From a bacterium (GTDB lineage: Bacteria > Hinthialibacterota > Hinthialibacteria > Hinthialibacterales > Hinthialibacteraceae), in assembly GCA_963662285.2 (NCBI GenBank), contig CAXXMV010000008.1, positions 1 through 64,000 of the forward strand: a DNA stretch of 64,000 bases, written 5' to 3'. This document shows positions 10,832-21,040 of the stretch, piece after piece; within the stretch, counting starts at the first letter, position 1, and each line of letters starts with the position of its first letter. The notes under the pieces were generated by a model that saw nothing but the letters and a program-made list of their open reading frames with translations, had not been told where the DNA came from and did no database searches. The position numbers were made by a program, and so were the translations under genes.

Positions 10832-11045
10832 GTTATTATGGAATTGGTATCTTTTTGTTGTCAGGTTATCATATTGAATACAACCTTTATAACAAAGAAC
10901 AGCCCGGAATCTAAAAAAACCATCAGGGGATTCAACGTCCCATGATTCAGATTGATGTATAAAGTATAATAGAATTATGATAAAAGCATAAAAATTTAAA
11001 TCATTATTTTTCTTTGGCTCCATAAATTAAAAGGAGATTACTATT

Positions 11046-11915
11046 GTGTATGTATTCGTGCACATTGAAAAATGCGGTGGGTCTACATTGAACTACCAAT
11101 TACGACGCATTTTCGGTCTGGATCACTGCGACATTATACCTCGTGATAAAAATTCCATGAAGATTAGCGAAAGCGACCTGGATGATCTGCATAAAATACG
11201 CCCAACCATTCATAGTATCACCGGGCATTCCTTCAGACCATATCTGGATCTGGGTAAATACAACAATCAGATTACTTATTATTGCCTTTTCCGTAATCCT
11301 ATCCACCGCTATATATCAGCATTTAAGCACTTTGTCACCAGTTATCATTTTCCTAATGACATTGAAGAATGGTTGAAATTTCCTGACCAGTATAATTTTC
11401 AAACCAAGGCCATCGCCGGTTCCAATGATATTGAAACCGCCAAACACATGCTTGATACGAAGATTGTTTTGGTCGGTCTAATGGAGGACTACAATGGTTT
11501 TCTTGAAGATATATGCCAGATAATGCCTGACTTTCGTTACGAGAAGGATTATCAAATTAGAAATATCGCCTCCACGAGGAAAGGTTATATTCCAGTCAAA
11601 GTGGATTTAGAAATATATCATGACAAAATATGTGAGAATAACCGACTTGATATAGAATTATATCAATATGCAAAATCGGTTGTTATTCCAAAATTCCGAA
11701 AACAAATGACGTCGGATATGCCTATCAGTACATTTATACTTCCAAATACTCCACAGCGAAAGTTCGATTCCTATTTCAAATACAAGATGAATCTTTTATA
11801 CAGAAATTTGGTTTATAAACCATATATGGGTTACGTACCTTTCCGCCAGCATCGTCTGCCGGAATATCAAAAAGTATCTGAAACCTATTTATCCATTAAA
11901 AATAATGAAGAGTAA
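11046..11915 (+). CDS. Sulfotransferase family 2 protein
   Basis: AAGGAG RBS and GTG start; FVHIEKCGGSTL (5'-PSB), FRNPIHRYIS (3'-PB), NRLDIELY. Confidence 0.85.
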   Translation: MYVFVHIEKCGGSTLNYQLRRIFGLDHCDIIPRDKNSMKISESDLDDLHKIRPTIHSITGHSFRPYLDLGKYNNQITYYCLFRNPIHRYISAFKHFVTSYHFPNDIEEWLKFPDQYNFQTKAIAGSNDIETAKHMLDTKIVLVGLMEDYNGFLEDICQIMPDFRYEKDYQIRNIASTRKGYIPVKVDLEIYHDKICENNRLDIELYQYAKSVVIPKFRKQMTSDMPISTFILPNTPQRKFDSYFKYKMNLLYRNLVYKPYMGYVPFRQHRLPEYQKVSETYLSIKNNEE

Positions 11916-11990
11916 AGCGCACTAAATTAGCTTATTTCAATAAGGGTTGTTATCATAATAAGATTCGTTTCAGCGTGAAAGAATGGTAAA

Positions 11991-13076
11991 ATGAAAATCA
12001 TCAGTATCGTAGGCGCCCGTCCCAATTTTGTTAAGATAGCGCCATTGCTTAGAAATTTCAAACTTCATTCTGATCGCATTCAATCCATCCTGGTTCATAC
12101 CGGTCAACATTATGATGATGCCATGAGTAATTCTTTTTTCGATTCCCTCGGAATTCCTGAACCTGATATGAACCTTGGCGTGGGATCGGCATCCCATTCT
12201 ACGCAGACCGCCCGCATCATGATGGGTTTCGAACCGGTGATTGCTGAACATCAGCCCGACTGGCTTCTAACCGTAGGCGATGTTAATTCCACTCTCGCCT
12301 GCACCCTGGTAGCCTCACAGATGAACATACCATCTATCCATGTGGAAGCAGGGCTGCGCAGTCATGACCGAACCATGCCGGAGGAGATCAACCGCATTGT
12401 CACCGACGCCCTCTCTGAGTTACTCTTCCCCCCTTCACAAGGCGCCAAAGAAAACTTAATTCGTGAAGGAAAATCCGCTGATAAAATTCATGTCGTAGGC
12501 AACATCATGATCGACTCGCTGGTTGAAAAACTCAGTCACGTAAAATCCGTATCTATTCTTTCGACGCTCAATGTCACTGCCAAAGAATACCTCTATTTAA
12601 CCATCCATCGACCAAGTAATGTTGATAAGATCGAAAAATTAAAGATGCTGGTCGACAGGATCAAACGCTTATCACAGGATTTCACCATTATTATTCCACT
12701 GCATCCGCGCACCAAATCACGGCTTGAATCATTTTCTCTTCTTGACCAACTCAATTCTGAGCCGAATATAAAAATTCTTTCGCCTGTCAGTTATCTGGAA
12801 AGTTTACATTTAATCATGAATGCAGCAGTGGTAGTGACCGATTCCGGCGGTATTCAAGAAGAGACGACATATCTCCGCGTTCCCTGCTTAACATTACGCG
12901 ACAACACAGAAAGACCCGAAACCATCACTATCGGTTCCAATCAACTTGGTCAGGTAGAAACCCTTCTCCAAGATATTCAAGAGATCATGAGTAGACAGGA
13001 AACCAAAGGTTCGATTCCAGATTTGTGGGATGGCAGAACCGCTGAACGAATAACCGAAATCATTCTGAAATCATAA
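11991..13076 (+). CDS. wecB: UDP-N-acetylglucosamine 2-epimerase (non-hydrolysing)
   Basis: VGARPNFVK, HTGQHYD, VGDVNST, HVEAGLRS, MPEEINR, TDSGGIQEE, LRDNTERPET. Confidence 0.96.
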   Translation: MKIISIVGARPNFVKIAPLLRNFKLHSDRIQSILVHTGQHYDDAMSNSFFDSLGIPEPDMNLGVGSASHSTQTARIMMGFEPVIAEHQPDWLLTVGDVNSTLACTLVASQMNIPSIHVEAGLRSHDRTMPEEINRIVTDALSELLFPPSQGAKENLIREGKSADKIHVVGNIMIDSLVEKLSHVKSVSILSTLNVTAKEYLYLTIHRPSNVDKIEKLKMLVDRIKRLSQDFTIIIPLHPRTKSRLESFSLLDQLNSEPNIKILSPVSYLESLHLIMNAAVVVTDSGGIQEETTYLRVPCLTLRDNTERPETITIGSNQLGQVETLLQDIQEIMSRQETKGSIPDLWDGRTAERITEIILKS

Positions 13077-13119
13077 GACGCAAATAGAACTTTTATAAAA
13101 ACTCACGCCATTAAATAAA

Positions 13120-13156
13120 AAGTTGCTGAAAATGTATTGACCACTTTCAGCAACTT
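13120..13156. terminator. Probable bidirectional intrinsic terminator
   Basis: AAGTTGCTGAAA...TTTCAGCAACTT inverted repeat between the convergent wecB and LRR genes. Confidence 0.7.
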
Positions 13157-13186
13157 ATTAAGTTAATTCTATATTATTGTATTCAG

Positions 13187-16100
13187 CTATTCAAAGATAA
13201 CGCTTGTGCGAATTCCAAACTGTACTTTATATCCATATACACGGCCTAAAATAGTACAATCCGCTCCAATATCTACAATTCCATTCGGTGCATAAATGTG
13301 AGCCATCATATATGTCCGGTCTAACACGCTCAACGGAGTTGTTATTATTGAACCATCAGAGTTTTTAATACCTTCCACCTGAATCATGATATCGCTCGAA
13401 GAGAGACCTGAATATATACCAATTGAACAATCACTACTAACCGTAAGCGTCTGTTTGATGCGAATATCACAGGGCGCCAGGCAATTTATCTGAGTATATT
13501 GCCCCATATCGACATCTTCAAAGACATAAACGCCGCCCTGAAGGTTCAAGATAGTTGGAACAGAGTCTGATCCAGCCTGCAGCAATAAATCCTGATACAT
13601 GCCAGACGCCAAAACCTGCGTTTGATCACTACCTGGAATTGTTATGCTTGATGTTCCACTTGTTATGTCATAAGCCGCAGGACAAGGGCTGGCGACTGGT
13701 AAAGCCAGAGGCCTACTGGTATAACCCACTGTTGCGCTTCTATCTAACTTGATTGAGTTGTAAAAAACGCCCTCGGTGACGGATGCTCTTTTTCCTAACT
13801 TAACTTTATCACCGTAGACATTACCATCAATCGCTGCATTATTGTCCAAAGAGACTTCAACTTTATCTTTAAGGTGTCCGCTTGAGTATGAATCCTCTGC
13901 CGCAATATCCCCAATTGCATTACTAAAACTATCAAACCACATACTATGATGAGCGAATACTACCATTGTTGTATCAATCAAATTCACATCGCGTTGTTGG
14001 TTACCCAGGTTCATAACATGAGTTCCAATGATAGTGGTTGGAGATATTTTCGACGCCCCGACTATCGCTACATAGTCGCCAGGTTGAATGCAATTAAACG
14101 AGAACTTGCCATCCACATCAGTTATTCCGGAATAGACCGGAGAACAGTTTCCATCCGTATAAATCGTAGAGAAAAACTCAGACCGCACGCCGTCCCCCTC
14201 TACTCCATCCGCAAGATCAGCGCAGCTGCCAGGTGAAGCGTCATACAACCGAATCTCGGCATTGACGAATGGATTAACTGCTCCACCACTGGTTGAATAA
14301 GCCGTAGCGTGAACCGAAGGCAAACTGACAATATTCACGGTAAAAGAAGCATTCGCTTCATTCAGACTATCATCAATAGCCGTCATAGATACAGTACTAA
14401 GCCCAATCGGGAATAACTCAATCGAATTGGGCAGCCCTGATCGGGTAAATTCTGAACCATCGGCATACATAAATGTTGTAGTTACGGTTATCGGATTTCC
14501 GCCGCTATTCGTCACGGTCACATTCAACTCAACGCTGCTCTCACTTGCGCAGTTTGAATCCTGCAATTGAGTAATGTTCATCACGCCATGAAATACCGGA
14601 CCTGCACACTCAAAGTTTTCCAGATTTTTCTGTGGCGTGTAAAGGAAATTTTCACCCAATTGAGATAGGCAAATATTAATATCATTCCAATCATCACAAG
14701 ACAAGTTGTTCATCTGGCAGTTGAACCATACCAAAGAACCGTCGCCGACTGGAAAGACAAAGTTCGATATAGTCGTCAAATCGTTGTTCGAAACACCCAG
14801 TTCTTCAATACCTGCCGGATTGGGTGGATCGAGAGAAGCAATCTTATTGTTACCGCAATACAACCTCTTAATGGCTGTATTATCCGAGCCAAATCTAATT
14901 TCCGTAATAAAATTATTGGTGCATAGAATCTCTGTTAATGCGGCATTCTCATCAACATCTAAAACTCCGCTGAGAACATTATCGTTGCAATACAGTATCT
15001 CCAGACTCTTAACCCGGTTTAGAGATAAATCTGATATCTCATTATGCTGACAACTAAGCGACAACAAACCTTGTCCCTTTTTATTGAAGGTTATATCGGT
15101 GATCTGGTTGAAATGACATTGTAATTCAACCAAACTAGCATTTCTGGATATATCAAAATTACCAGCGATATTGTTCTGATGACATAAAAGCAACGATAGT
15201 TTTTGAGCATCGTTCAAATTCTGGAATCCAGTTAATTGGTTCTTCTGGCAATACAATGTTTCCAGATTAGCCTGATTATTCAGATCAAGCGTCGTCAAAC
15301 TGTTTTCATTACACCACAACTCCACCAGCGCGGTATTAGAAGTAATATCTAATTCAATTAACGAGTTGTTATTGCAATATAATTGCGTCAAATTGGGATG
15401 TCCGCTTACATCCAACTTCGAGATAACGTTGTTAGAGCAATTCAACTCAGTTAGGTCGCTGCTCGGCGGAATAAGTGAAGTCAGAAAATTATCCTGACAT
15501 CTGAGAATAGTCATAACCCTGTTGGCTGACAAATCCATAGCGCCGCTTATCAGGTTGAAATAGCAGGAAAGCCGGTTCAATTTCACCAGATTTTCTATTC
15601 CAGTCAATGCGCTAATTGCGTTTTGATGACAGTTCAACAATTCCAAATCCACAAGCAAGGACAAATCCAATGCTCCGCTAATCTGGTTGCTTTGGCAGTT
15701 CAACTCTCTTAATGAAGTAAGATTGGCAAGTCCTGGAATCTTAGATATAAAATTGCCCTGGCAATGCAATATTTCCAAATCGGTATGGGAAGTTAAATCG
15801 AGTGCATTTACTCCATTATCATTACATACCAGTTCAACCAGTGAGGTATTGGCTGATACATCAAAACTCGTCAAAGGATTATTTCCACAATAAAGCCGAG
15901 TCAGCTGCGGGTAGTTTGTAGTATCCAGACTGGTAATATTGTTATTAGAACAATCAATCCATTGCATCAGATTGTTATTTGGAAGCACAAGTTGATCCAG
16001 GTTATTGTCATTGCAATATAATTGGATCATTGCTGAATTTGCTGATAGATCCAAGGTTCCTGATAACTGGTTGGTATGGCAGAAAAGCCGGTAGAGATTA

Positions 16101-19100
16101 CTGAATCCGGCAAGACCTTGTATTTCAGTTATGCTGTTTACATTGCAATTAATTACTTCCAGTTGCGTCAACGCACTCAAAGCAAGAACGCCCGATATTT
16201 GATTATTCTGGCACTGCAATTCTCTCAAGTTGGTCAGCGAAGACAGCCCCTGAATCTCAGTAAGGTTGTTACCCTGACATTGCAGAATTTCAAGTTTTGG
16301 AAATGCACTGACATCCAATTGGTTTAATCCTAGATAACTTACAACCAATTCGGTTAATGCTGAGTTGGTTGAATAATCCAAACTCTCTAAAGGATTGTTT
16401 TGAACGTTTAGTTCTGACAAATTGCTATACTGCGTTACATCCAAGGACGTAATCAAATTGTCATTGACGCACAAGCTAAGCAATTGGTTGCCATCGGGCA
16501 ACATAACCGCATCGATTTGATTTTCGGATAAATCCAGATCAACCAGAGATATGTTTAAATGGGTATCAACCGTGCCTGATAATTGGTTATTGCTAGCCAA
16601 TAGACGCCGCAATGATGCTAAATCACCCAATCCTGTAAAACCGGTAATTCCATTCAAATGACAGAAAAGAACTTCCAACCGGGTATTGGCGCTAATATCG
16701 AACAAGCCGGATATCTGATTGCCCTGGCAATAAAGTTCCCTTAAATTGCTGAGGCTTCCCAAACCGCTAATCCCCGAAAGATTATTCTTCTTGCAGTCCA
16801 GGATTTCCAGATTTACCAGTGGACTTACATTTAAAGTGGATAGACCGGCATCTCCACAATACAATTCCATCAAAGCTGTATTTGATGATAAACTTAATGT
16901 TCCTAATGGATTAATCGAACAATCCAAATAAGTCATATTCGGTAATGATGATACATCCAGCGAAGAGATAGAATTACTAAAGCAACTCAGAGACAACAGG
17001 GATGCTGATGAAGGGAGAATAAGCGCACCCAGTTGGTTAACGCTGCAATTCAGACTAGTGATAGCTGTAAGCGCTGAAATATCCAATGTTCCTGATAATT
17101 GATTCTCATAACAGTATAATTTGGTTAAGTTGGTTAAACCTTGAATTCCGGTTAATCCGGTAATGGCGTTTCGATGACAATACAGGATTTCCAAACCAGT
17201 CAGATTTGTTAAAGGAAGCGCTCCGGAGATTTGATTGCTCTGGCAATATAACTCTTTCAATCCGGAAAGATTGGCTAAACCTTGTATCTGAGAAATCTGA
17301 TTACCCAGGCAGTTCAGCAGAACTAATTGCGTATTGGTCGTTACGTCAAGACTTGTTAATCCTACATTATTGCAGATTAGTTCCTGTAGAACTGTACTGG
17401 AAGATATATCTAAACTAGCAATTGTATTGTTGCCGCAATTAAGAATAGTCAGGTTAGGCTTATTCGATACATCCAAGCCATTGATACTGTTGTCAGAACA
17501 ATCCAGCCATTCCAATATATCATTCGATGGCAGCGTCAATTGGGTTAATTGATTATCATAACAATACAGATATTGAAGTTTGGTATTATCGGATAAATCC
17601 AGCGATCCACTGATCTGGTTCGTAAAACAGAACAATCTTGTCAAATTAGTCAAACCATCGATGCCTTGAATCGCCGTAAAATTATTTTTTTGGCAATTTA
17701 GGATTTCAAGTTGCGTAAGCAAGGTTAGATCTAATGATCCACTAATTTGGTTATCCTGAACATGCATTTCCCGTAGTGACGCCAAATTGGATAATCCCTG
17801 AATTCCTGTTAAGGCGTTGTTCTGGCAATCCAAAGTTTCTAAAAGAGTATTAGCAGATAAATCCAATTCGCTTATGCTATTATTGGCGCAATTGAGCCAT
17901 TCCAAAAGATTATTGGATGGAAGCGTCAACTGGCTTATCTGATTATCATTGCAGTACAGATATTTCAGAGAAATATTCGCTGATAAGTCTAAATGGCCTG
18001 CTACTTGGTTCAAATGGAAAAACAGACGTTCCAGTTTTGGCAAATTGGATAATCCCAACAAACCTGTCAATTCGTTCTTCTGGCAATTTAATATCTCCAG
18101 AGAGGTCAATAAAGAAAGGTCCAGCGTTCCCGTCAACTGGTTATCCAGGCAGTGCAGTTCAACTAATTTGGTTAACGAAGCCAGTCCCTGAATTTGACTC
18201 AGGTTATTGCTCTGGCAATCCAGAATCTCCAATTTGGTATGCGCACTCAAATCCAGAATTCCAGATAATCCAAGATTATTGCACCCCAGTTCTAACAAAG
18301 CCGTATTAGAAGATATGTCGAAAGCAGCAAGTGGATTATTCCCAATGTAAAACCGTTCTAAGGCAGGATATACGGAAACATCCAGGTCAGTTATATTGTT
18401 GTTAGAACAATTGAGCCATTTAAAAATTACATTGTTCGGAAGAATAAGTGTTTGCAACTGATTATCTGAACAATACAATTGAGTCAAAGCGCTATTAGCC
18501 GCAACATCCAGCGTTCCGCTTAGTTGATTATAATGACAGAATAAACGGTATAATTGGCTCAGGTTAGCCAAACCCTGAAATCCTGCTATCTGATTCTTCT
18601 GACAATTTAGCACTTGTAAATCGGTATTGTTGGTTAAATCCAACACGCCGGCAATCTGGTTGTTCAGGCAATGAATCTCTTTTATAGCCGCCAAATTCCC
18701 CAAACCCGTTAAACTGGTCAGGCTGTTTCCTGAGCAATATAAATAGGTCAACGAAGAATTAGAACTCAAATCAAGTAACGATAAACCTAAGTTTTCACAT
18801 TCGAGATGCGTTAAAAGAGTATTCTGAGAAACATCCAGAGCGCTAATGGGATTGTTGCCGCAGTACAATCTCGTCAAAGCAGGATACCCACCGACATCCA
18901 GACTGGAAATATTATTATCTGAACATTTCAACATTAATAATGTATCAGTATCGGGAAGATTAATCGAACTCAACTGATTCTCGAAACAATAAAGCCTCGA
19001 CAATCCAGTGCTCTGAGAAACATCCAGCGAACCGCTCAACTGGTTGCGTTGACAAAACGCATAATTCAGATTATCTCCAGCTGGCAATAAGAGAGTCTCG

Positions 19101-19651
19101 ATTAAATTGTTCTGAGCATACAAGTATTTTAAGTTAGCGCATAAAGAAAGATCCATCGTCCCCGACAATTCATTACGGAAACAATAGAAATATTTTAGAT
19201 TTGTCAGTGAGGAAAGCCCTATGATTTCGGTTAAAGCATTGTCATTACAATATAGATTCTTTAAGGCGGTGTTCTGGGATAAATCAATGCTGGTCAGATT
19301 ATTTCTATAGCATTTTAATCCAACTATGTTCGTAAAGAATTCAATTCCTTGTAAATTGTTTATTCCATAGTCGGGGCAATTAATCGTTCCCGTTTTTGCG
19401 GCCGCTTCTTCATCAGTAAAATCTCCTTCATGATCAACGCCCATGAAGAGTTCAACTGCAATCCGGAAATTCGGATCAGGAAAGTATTCAGTAGTATTTA
19501 TATTTATAGGTATACACAACGAAACCGATGCAAAAAAACTTACTTGCATCAGGAGTAATACAGCAATTTTCAACAAAGATGAATTCAACCAAAATGGTAA
19601 AACTGAAATCACTCGCAAGGGCTTCCTGTATTCCAAACGACAAGTACTCAT
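13187..19651 (-). CDS. Giant secreted leucine-rich-repeat (internalin-like, Cys-type) surface protein with HYR/Ig-like and C-terminal beta-helix domains
   Basis: Start probably ATG 19651 (AAGGGA RBS; the ORF track starts at 19750). Hydrophobic signal segment, FPDPNFR N-cap, roughly 70 LxxLxCxxNxL repeats, HYR-like FPIGLSTVSMTAID, C-terminal HIYAPNG/GRVYG beta-helix-like region. Confidence 0.88.
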   Translation of the reverse strand: MSTCRLEYRKPLRVISVLPFWLNSSLLKIAVLLLMQVSFFASVSLCIPININTTEYFPDPNFRIAVELFMGVDHEGDFTDEEAAAKTGTINCPDYGINNLQGIEFFTNIVGLKCYRNNLTSIDLSQNTALKNLYCNDNALTEIIGLSSLTNLKYFYCFRNELSGTMDLSLCANLKYLYAQNNLIETLLLPAGDNLNYAFCQRNQLSGSLDVSQSTGLSRLYCFENQLSSINLPDTDTLLMLKCSDNNISSLDVGGYPALTRLYCGNNPISALDVSQNTLLTHLECENLGLSLLDLSSNSSLTYLYCSGNSLTSLTGLGNLAAIKEIHCLNNQIAGVLDLTNNTDLQVLNCQKNQIAGFQGLANLSQLYRLFCHYNQLSGTLDVAANSALTQLYCSDNQLQTLILPNNVIFKWLNCSNNNITDLDVSVYPALERFYIGNNPLAAFDISSNTALLELGCNNLGLSGILDLSAHTKLEILDCQSNNLSQIQGLASLTKLVELHCLDNQLTGTLDLSLLTSLEILNCQKNELTGLLGLSNLPKLERLFFHLNQVAGHLDLSANISLKYLYCNDNQISQLTLPSNNLLEWLNCANNSISELDLSANTLLETLDCQNNALTGIQGLSNLASLREMHVQDNQISGSLDLTLLTQLEILNCQKNNFTAIQGIDGLTNLTRLFCFTNQISGSLDLSDNTKLQYLYCYDNQLTQLTLPSNDILEWLDCSDNSINGLDVSNKPNLTILNCGNNTIASLDISSSTVLQELICNNVGLTSLDVTTNTQLVLLNCLGNQISQIQGLANLSGLKELYCQSNQISGALPLTNLTGLEILYCHRNAITGLTGIQGLTNLTKLYCYENQLSGTLDISALTAITSLNCSVNQLGALILPSSASLLSLSCFSNSISSLDVSSLPNMTYLDCSINPLGTLSLSSNTALMELYCGDAGLSTLNVSPLVNLEILDCKKNNLSGISGLGSLSNLRELYCQGNQISGLFDISANTRLEVLFCHLNGITGFTGLGDLASLRRLLASNNQLSGTVDTHLNISLVDLDLSENQIDAVMLPDGNQLLSLCVNDNLITSLDVTQYSNLSELNVQNNPLESLDYSTNSALTELVVSYLGLNQLDVSAFPKLEILQCQGNNLTEIQGLSSLTNLRELQCQNNQISGVLALSALTQLEVINCNVNSITEIQGLAGFSNLYRLFCHTNQLSGTLDLSANSAMIQLYCNDNNLDQLVLPNNNLMQWIDCSNNNITSLDTTNYPQLTRLYCGNNPLTSFDVSANTSLVELVCNDNGVNALDLTSHTDLEILHCQGNFISKIPGLANLTSLRELNCQSNQISGALDLSLLVDLELLNCHQNAISALTGIENLVKLNRLSCYFNLISGAMDLSANRVMTILRCQDNFLTSLIPPSSDLTELNCSNNVISKLDVSGHPNLTQLYCNNNSLIELDITSNTALVELWCNENSLTTLDLNNQANLETLYCQKNQLTGFQNLNDAQKLSLLLCHQNNIAGNFDISRNASLVELQCHFNQITDITFNKKGQGLLSLSCQHNEISDLSLNRVKSLEILYCNDNVLSGVLDVDENAALTEILCTNNFITEIRFGSDNTAIKRLYCGNNKIASLDPPNPAGIEELGVSNNDLTTISNFVFPVGDGSLVWFNCQMNNLSCDDWNDINICLSQLGENFLYTPQKNLENFECAGPVFHGVMNITQLQDSNCASESSVELNVTVTNSGGNPITVTTTFMYADGSEFTRSGLPNSIELFPIGLSTVSMTAIDDSLNEANASFTVNIVSLPSVHATAYSTSGGAVNPFVNAEIRLYDASPGSCADLADGVEGDGVRSEFFSTIYTDGNCSPVYSGITDVDGKFSFNCIQPGDYVAIVGASKISPTTIIGTHVMNLGNQQRDVNLIDTTMVVFAHHSMWFDSFSNAIGDIAAEDSYSSGHLKDKVEVSLDNNAAIDGNVYGDKVKLGKRASVTEGVFYNSIKLDRSATVGYTSRPLALPVASPCPAAYDITSGTSSITIPGSDQTQVLASGMYQDLLLQAGSDSVPTILNLQGGVYVFEDVDMGQYTQINCLAPCDIRIKQTLTVSSDCSIGIYSGLSSSDIMIQVEGIKNSDGSIITTPLSVLDRTYMMAHIYAPNGIVDIGADCTILGRVYGYKVQFGIRTSVIFE

Positions 19652-19901
19652 CACTAATCCCTTAATCAACTCTGAATTGTTCCAATATCCCTTTCGCAAA
19701 AAAAGAGTAAAAGCCATTAAAATTAAAAAAGTAATTGTATATATTATCATTCTTTTATTCTCTTACGTCAATGGATAATTTCAGATTCTTACAATATCTG
19801 GTAAACAAAAAATTTTATCTTTTACGTCAGCTAATGCAATATAACGTTACATCAATACTGGATTAATAATTAGTTAATTCCCTTCAGATTTGTTTATACT
19901 G

Positions 19902-19918
19902 AGCAAAAATTTAGCCAA
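19902..19918 (-). promoter_or_regulatory. Putative sigma54 (-24/-12) promoter for the LRR gene
   Basis: Minus strand reads TTGGCTAAATTTTTGCT: GG-N10-GC with the TGGC and TTGC cores. Confidence 0.5.
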
Positions 19919-20387
19919 AAATATTAAAACACCCTTTTGATCTTGCAGTAAAAAAAAATAATTCAATATAAATAGTTGTTTTTATGATACTTATCACAAT
20001 TAAAATATATATAATAATCCATATATATTTTATATCAAAATCCTGCTATAAAGAATAATCTATTAATTTGAAGCATCATTGAGAAATTTCTCTTATTATT
20101 GCGGTCAATAATAGAAAATCCATAAATCAAATGCAATAATCGGGCAAACTCAGACGCTGCCTTATAGAAGTTGATTTCCCCCATAGCAACTTGCTGATTT
20201 TCTTATGTTTATAATAATAAACCAGCTAACCGGCGCCTGATTATTGAAACTCCTCGGCCACTATACCAATCAAACTAGACAATGGTATTAAAATCTTCTG
20301 GAATATCCCCCTGACATGTCCTCATGTAATCGGGACATTCAAATCCATGCCAATCCTCTACAAACCTACTTGATCAAAAGTTCACTT

Positions 20388-20403
20388 TTGGCACACTTAT
20401 TGC
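20388..20403 (+). promoter_or_regulatory. Sigma54 (-24/-12) promoter
   Basis: TTGGCACACTTATTGC, near-consensus TGGCAC-N5-TTGC, ending 48 bp before the ATG at 20452. Confidence 0.7.
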
Positions 20404-20451
20404 CCTTTAACGTTTAGGAATGACAAAAAACTCTATTCCAGGAGGCGGCAA

Positions 20452-20832
20452 ATGGTTATTGCAACCGTAATCCCAAACGAATTCGATCAAACAATGCTTG
20501 ATACCCTCGAAAACTGCATCATGAAAATTTCTGCTCATCTAAGGAAAAAGTTCGATCCCAACGAAACCGAATCAAAATCATTGTTCCGTTTATTCTGTTC
20601 TTCGATCAACACGCGATCCCGAATGATAAACAAGATCGTAAGCGCTTCAGTACAAGCGCATAAACAAATTAAAAACGACCAAAAAGCCGTAACCACAACC
20701 CAAAACGATTTATCCAATTTAAAAAATATTCCATCCGGTAATGCAAATGCTTCTTGTATTGCTGACGAAACGGTAAAAAGGCAAAAACGAGGGAGCCTAG
20801 GCGCATTCTGGCGTAATAAGAAACTGGCCTAG
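20452..20832 (+). CDS. Hypothetical protein (126 aa)
   Basis: Strong AGGAGG RBS and an upstream sigma54 site; no recognised family. Confidence 0.7.
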   Translation: MVIATVIPNEFDQTMLDTLENCIMKISAHLRKKFDPNETESKSLFRLFCSSINTRSRMINKIVSASVQAHKQIKNDQKAVTTTQNDLSNLKNIPSGNANASCIADETVKRQKRGSLGAFWRNKKLA

Positions 20833-21040
20833 TTATCATTCATCAGCCGAACGCCTTAAAAAATTGGCCCATCCAGACCAATGAGTCTATAACTATGCTC
20901 ATTGATATAAACCGGGGAAGTAAGATCACCGAAAACACGATAATTCACGTTACATTTATACAGAGTACAGTATACAAACTTAATAAATTATGCTAAAAAC
21001 GAATAGTTGTAAATTTTAGAATTTTTGGGAGGTCAAGTTC

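Noticed and set aside
13187-13220. LRR C-terminus (RTSVIFE) as a fifth W-motif copy
   Set aside because: It has TSV and a terminal FE but lacks the invariant Trp and the spacing; probably the last beta-strand of the domain.
20131-20148. Third sigma54-like site (minus strand TTGCCCGATTATTGCA)
   Set aside because: The invariant -24 GG is replaced by GC.
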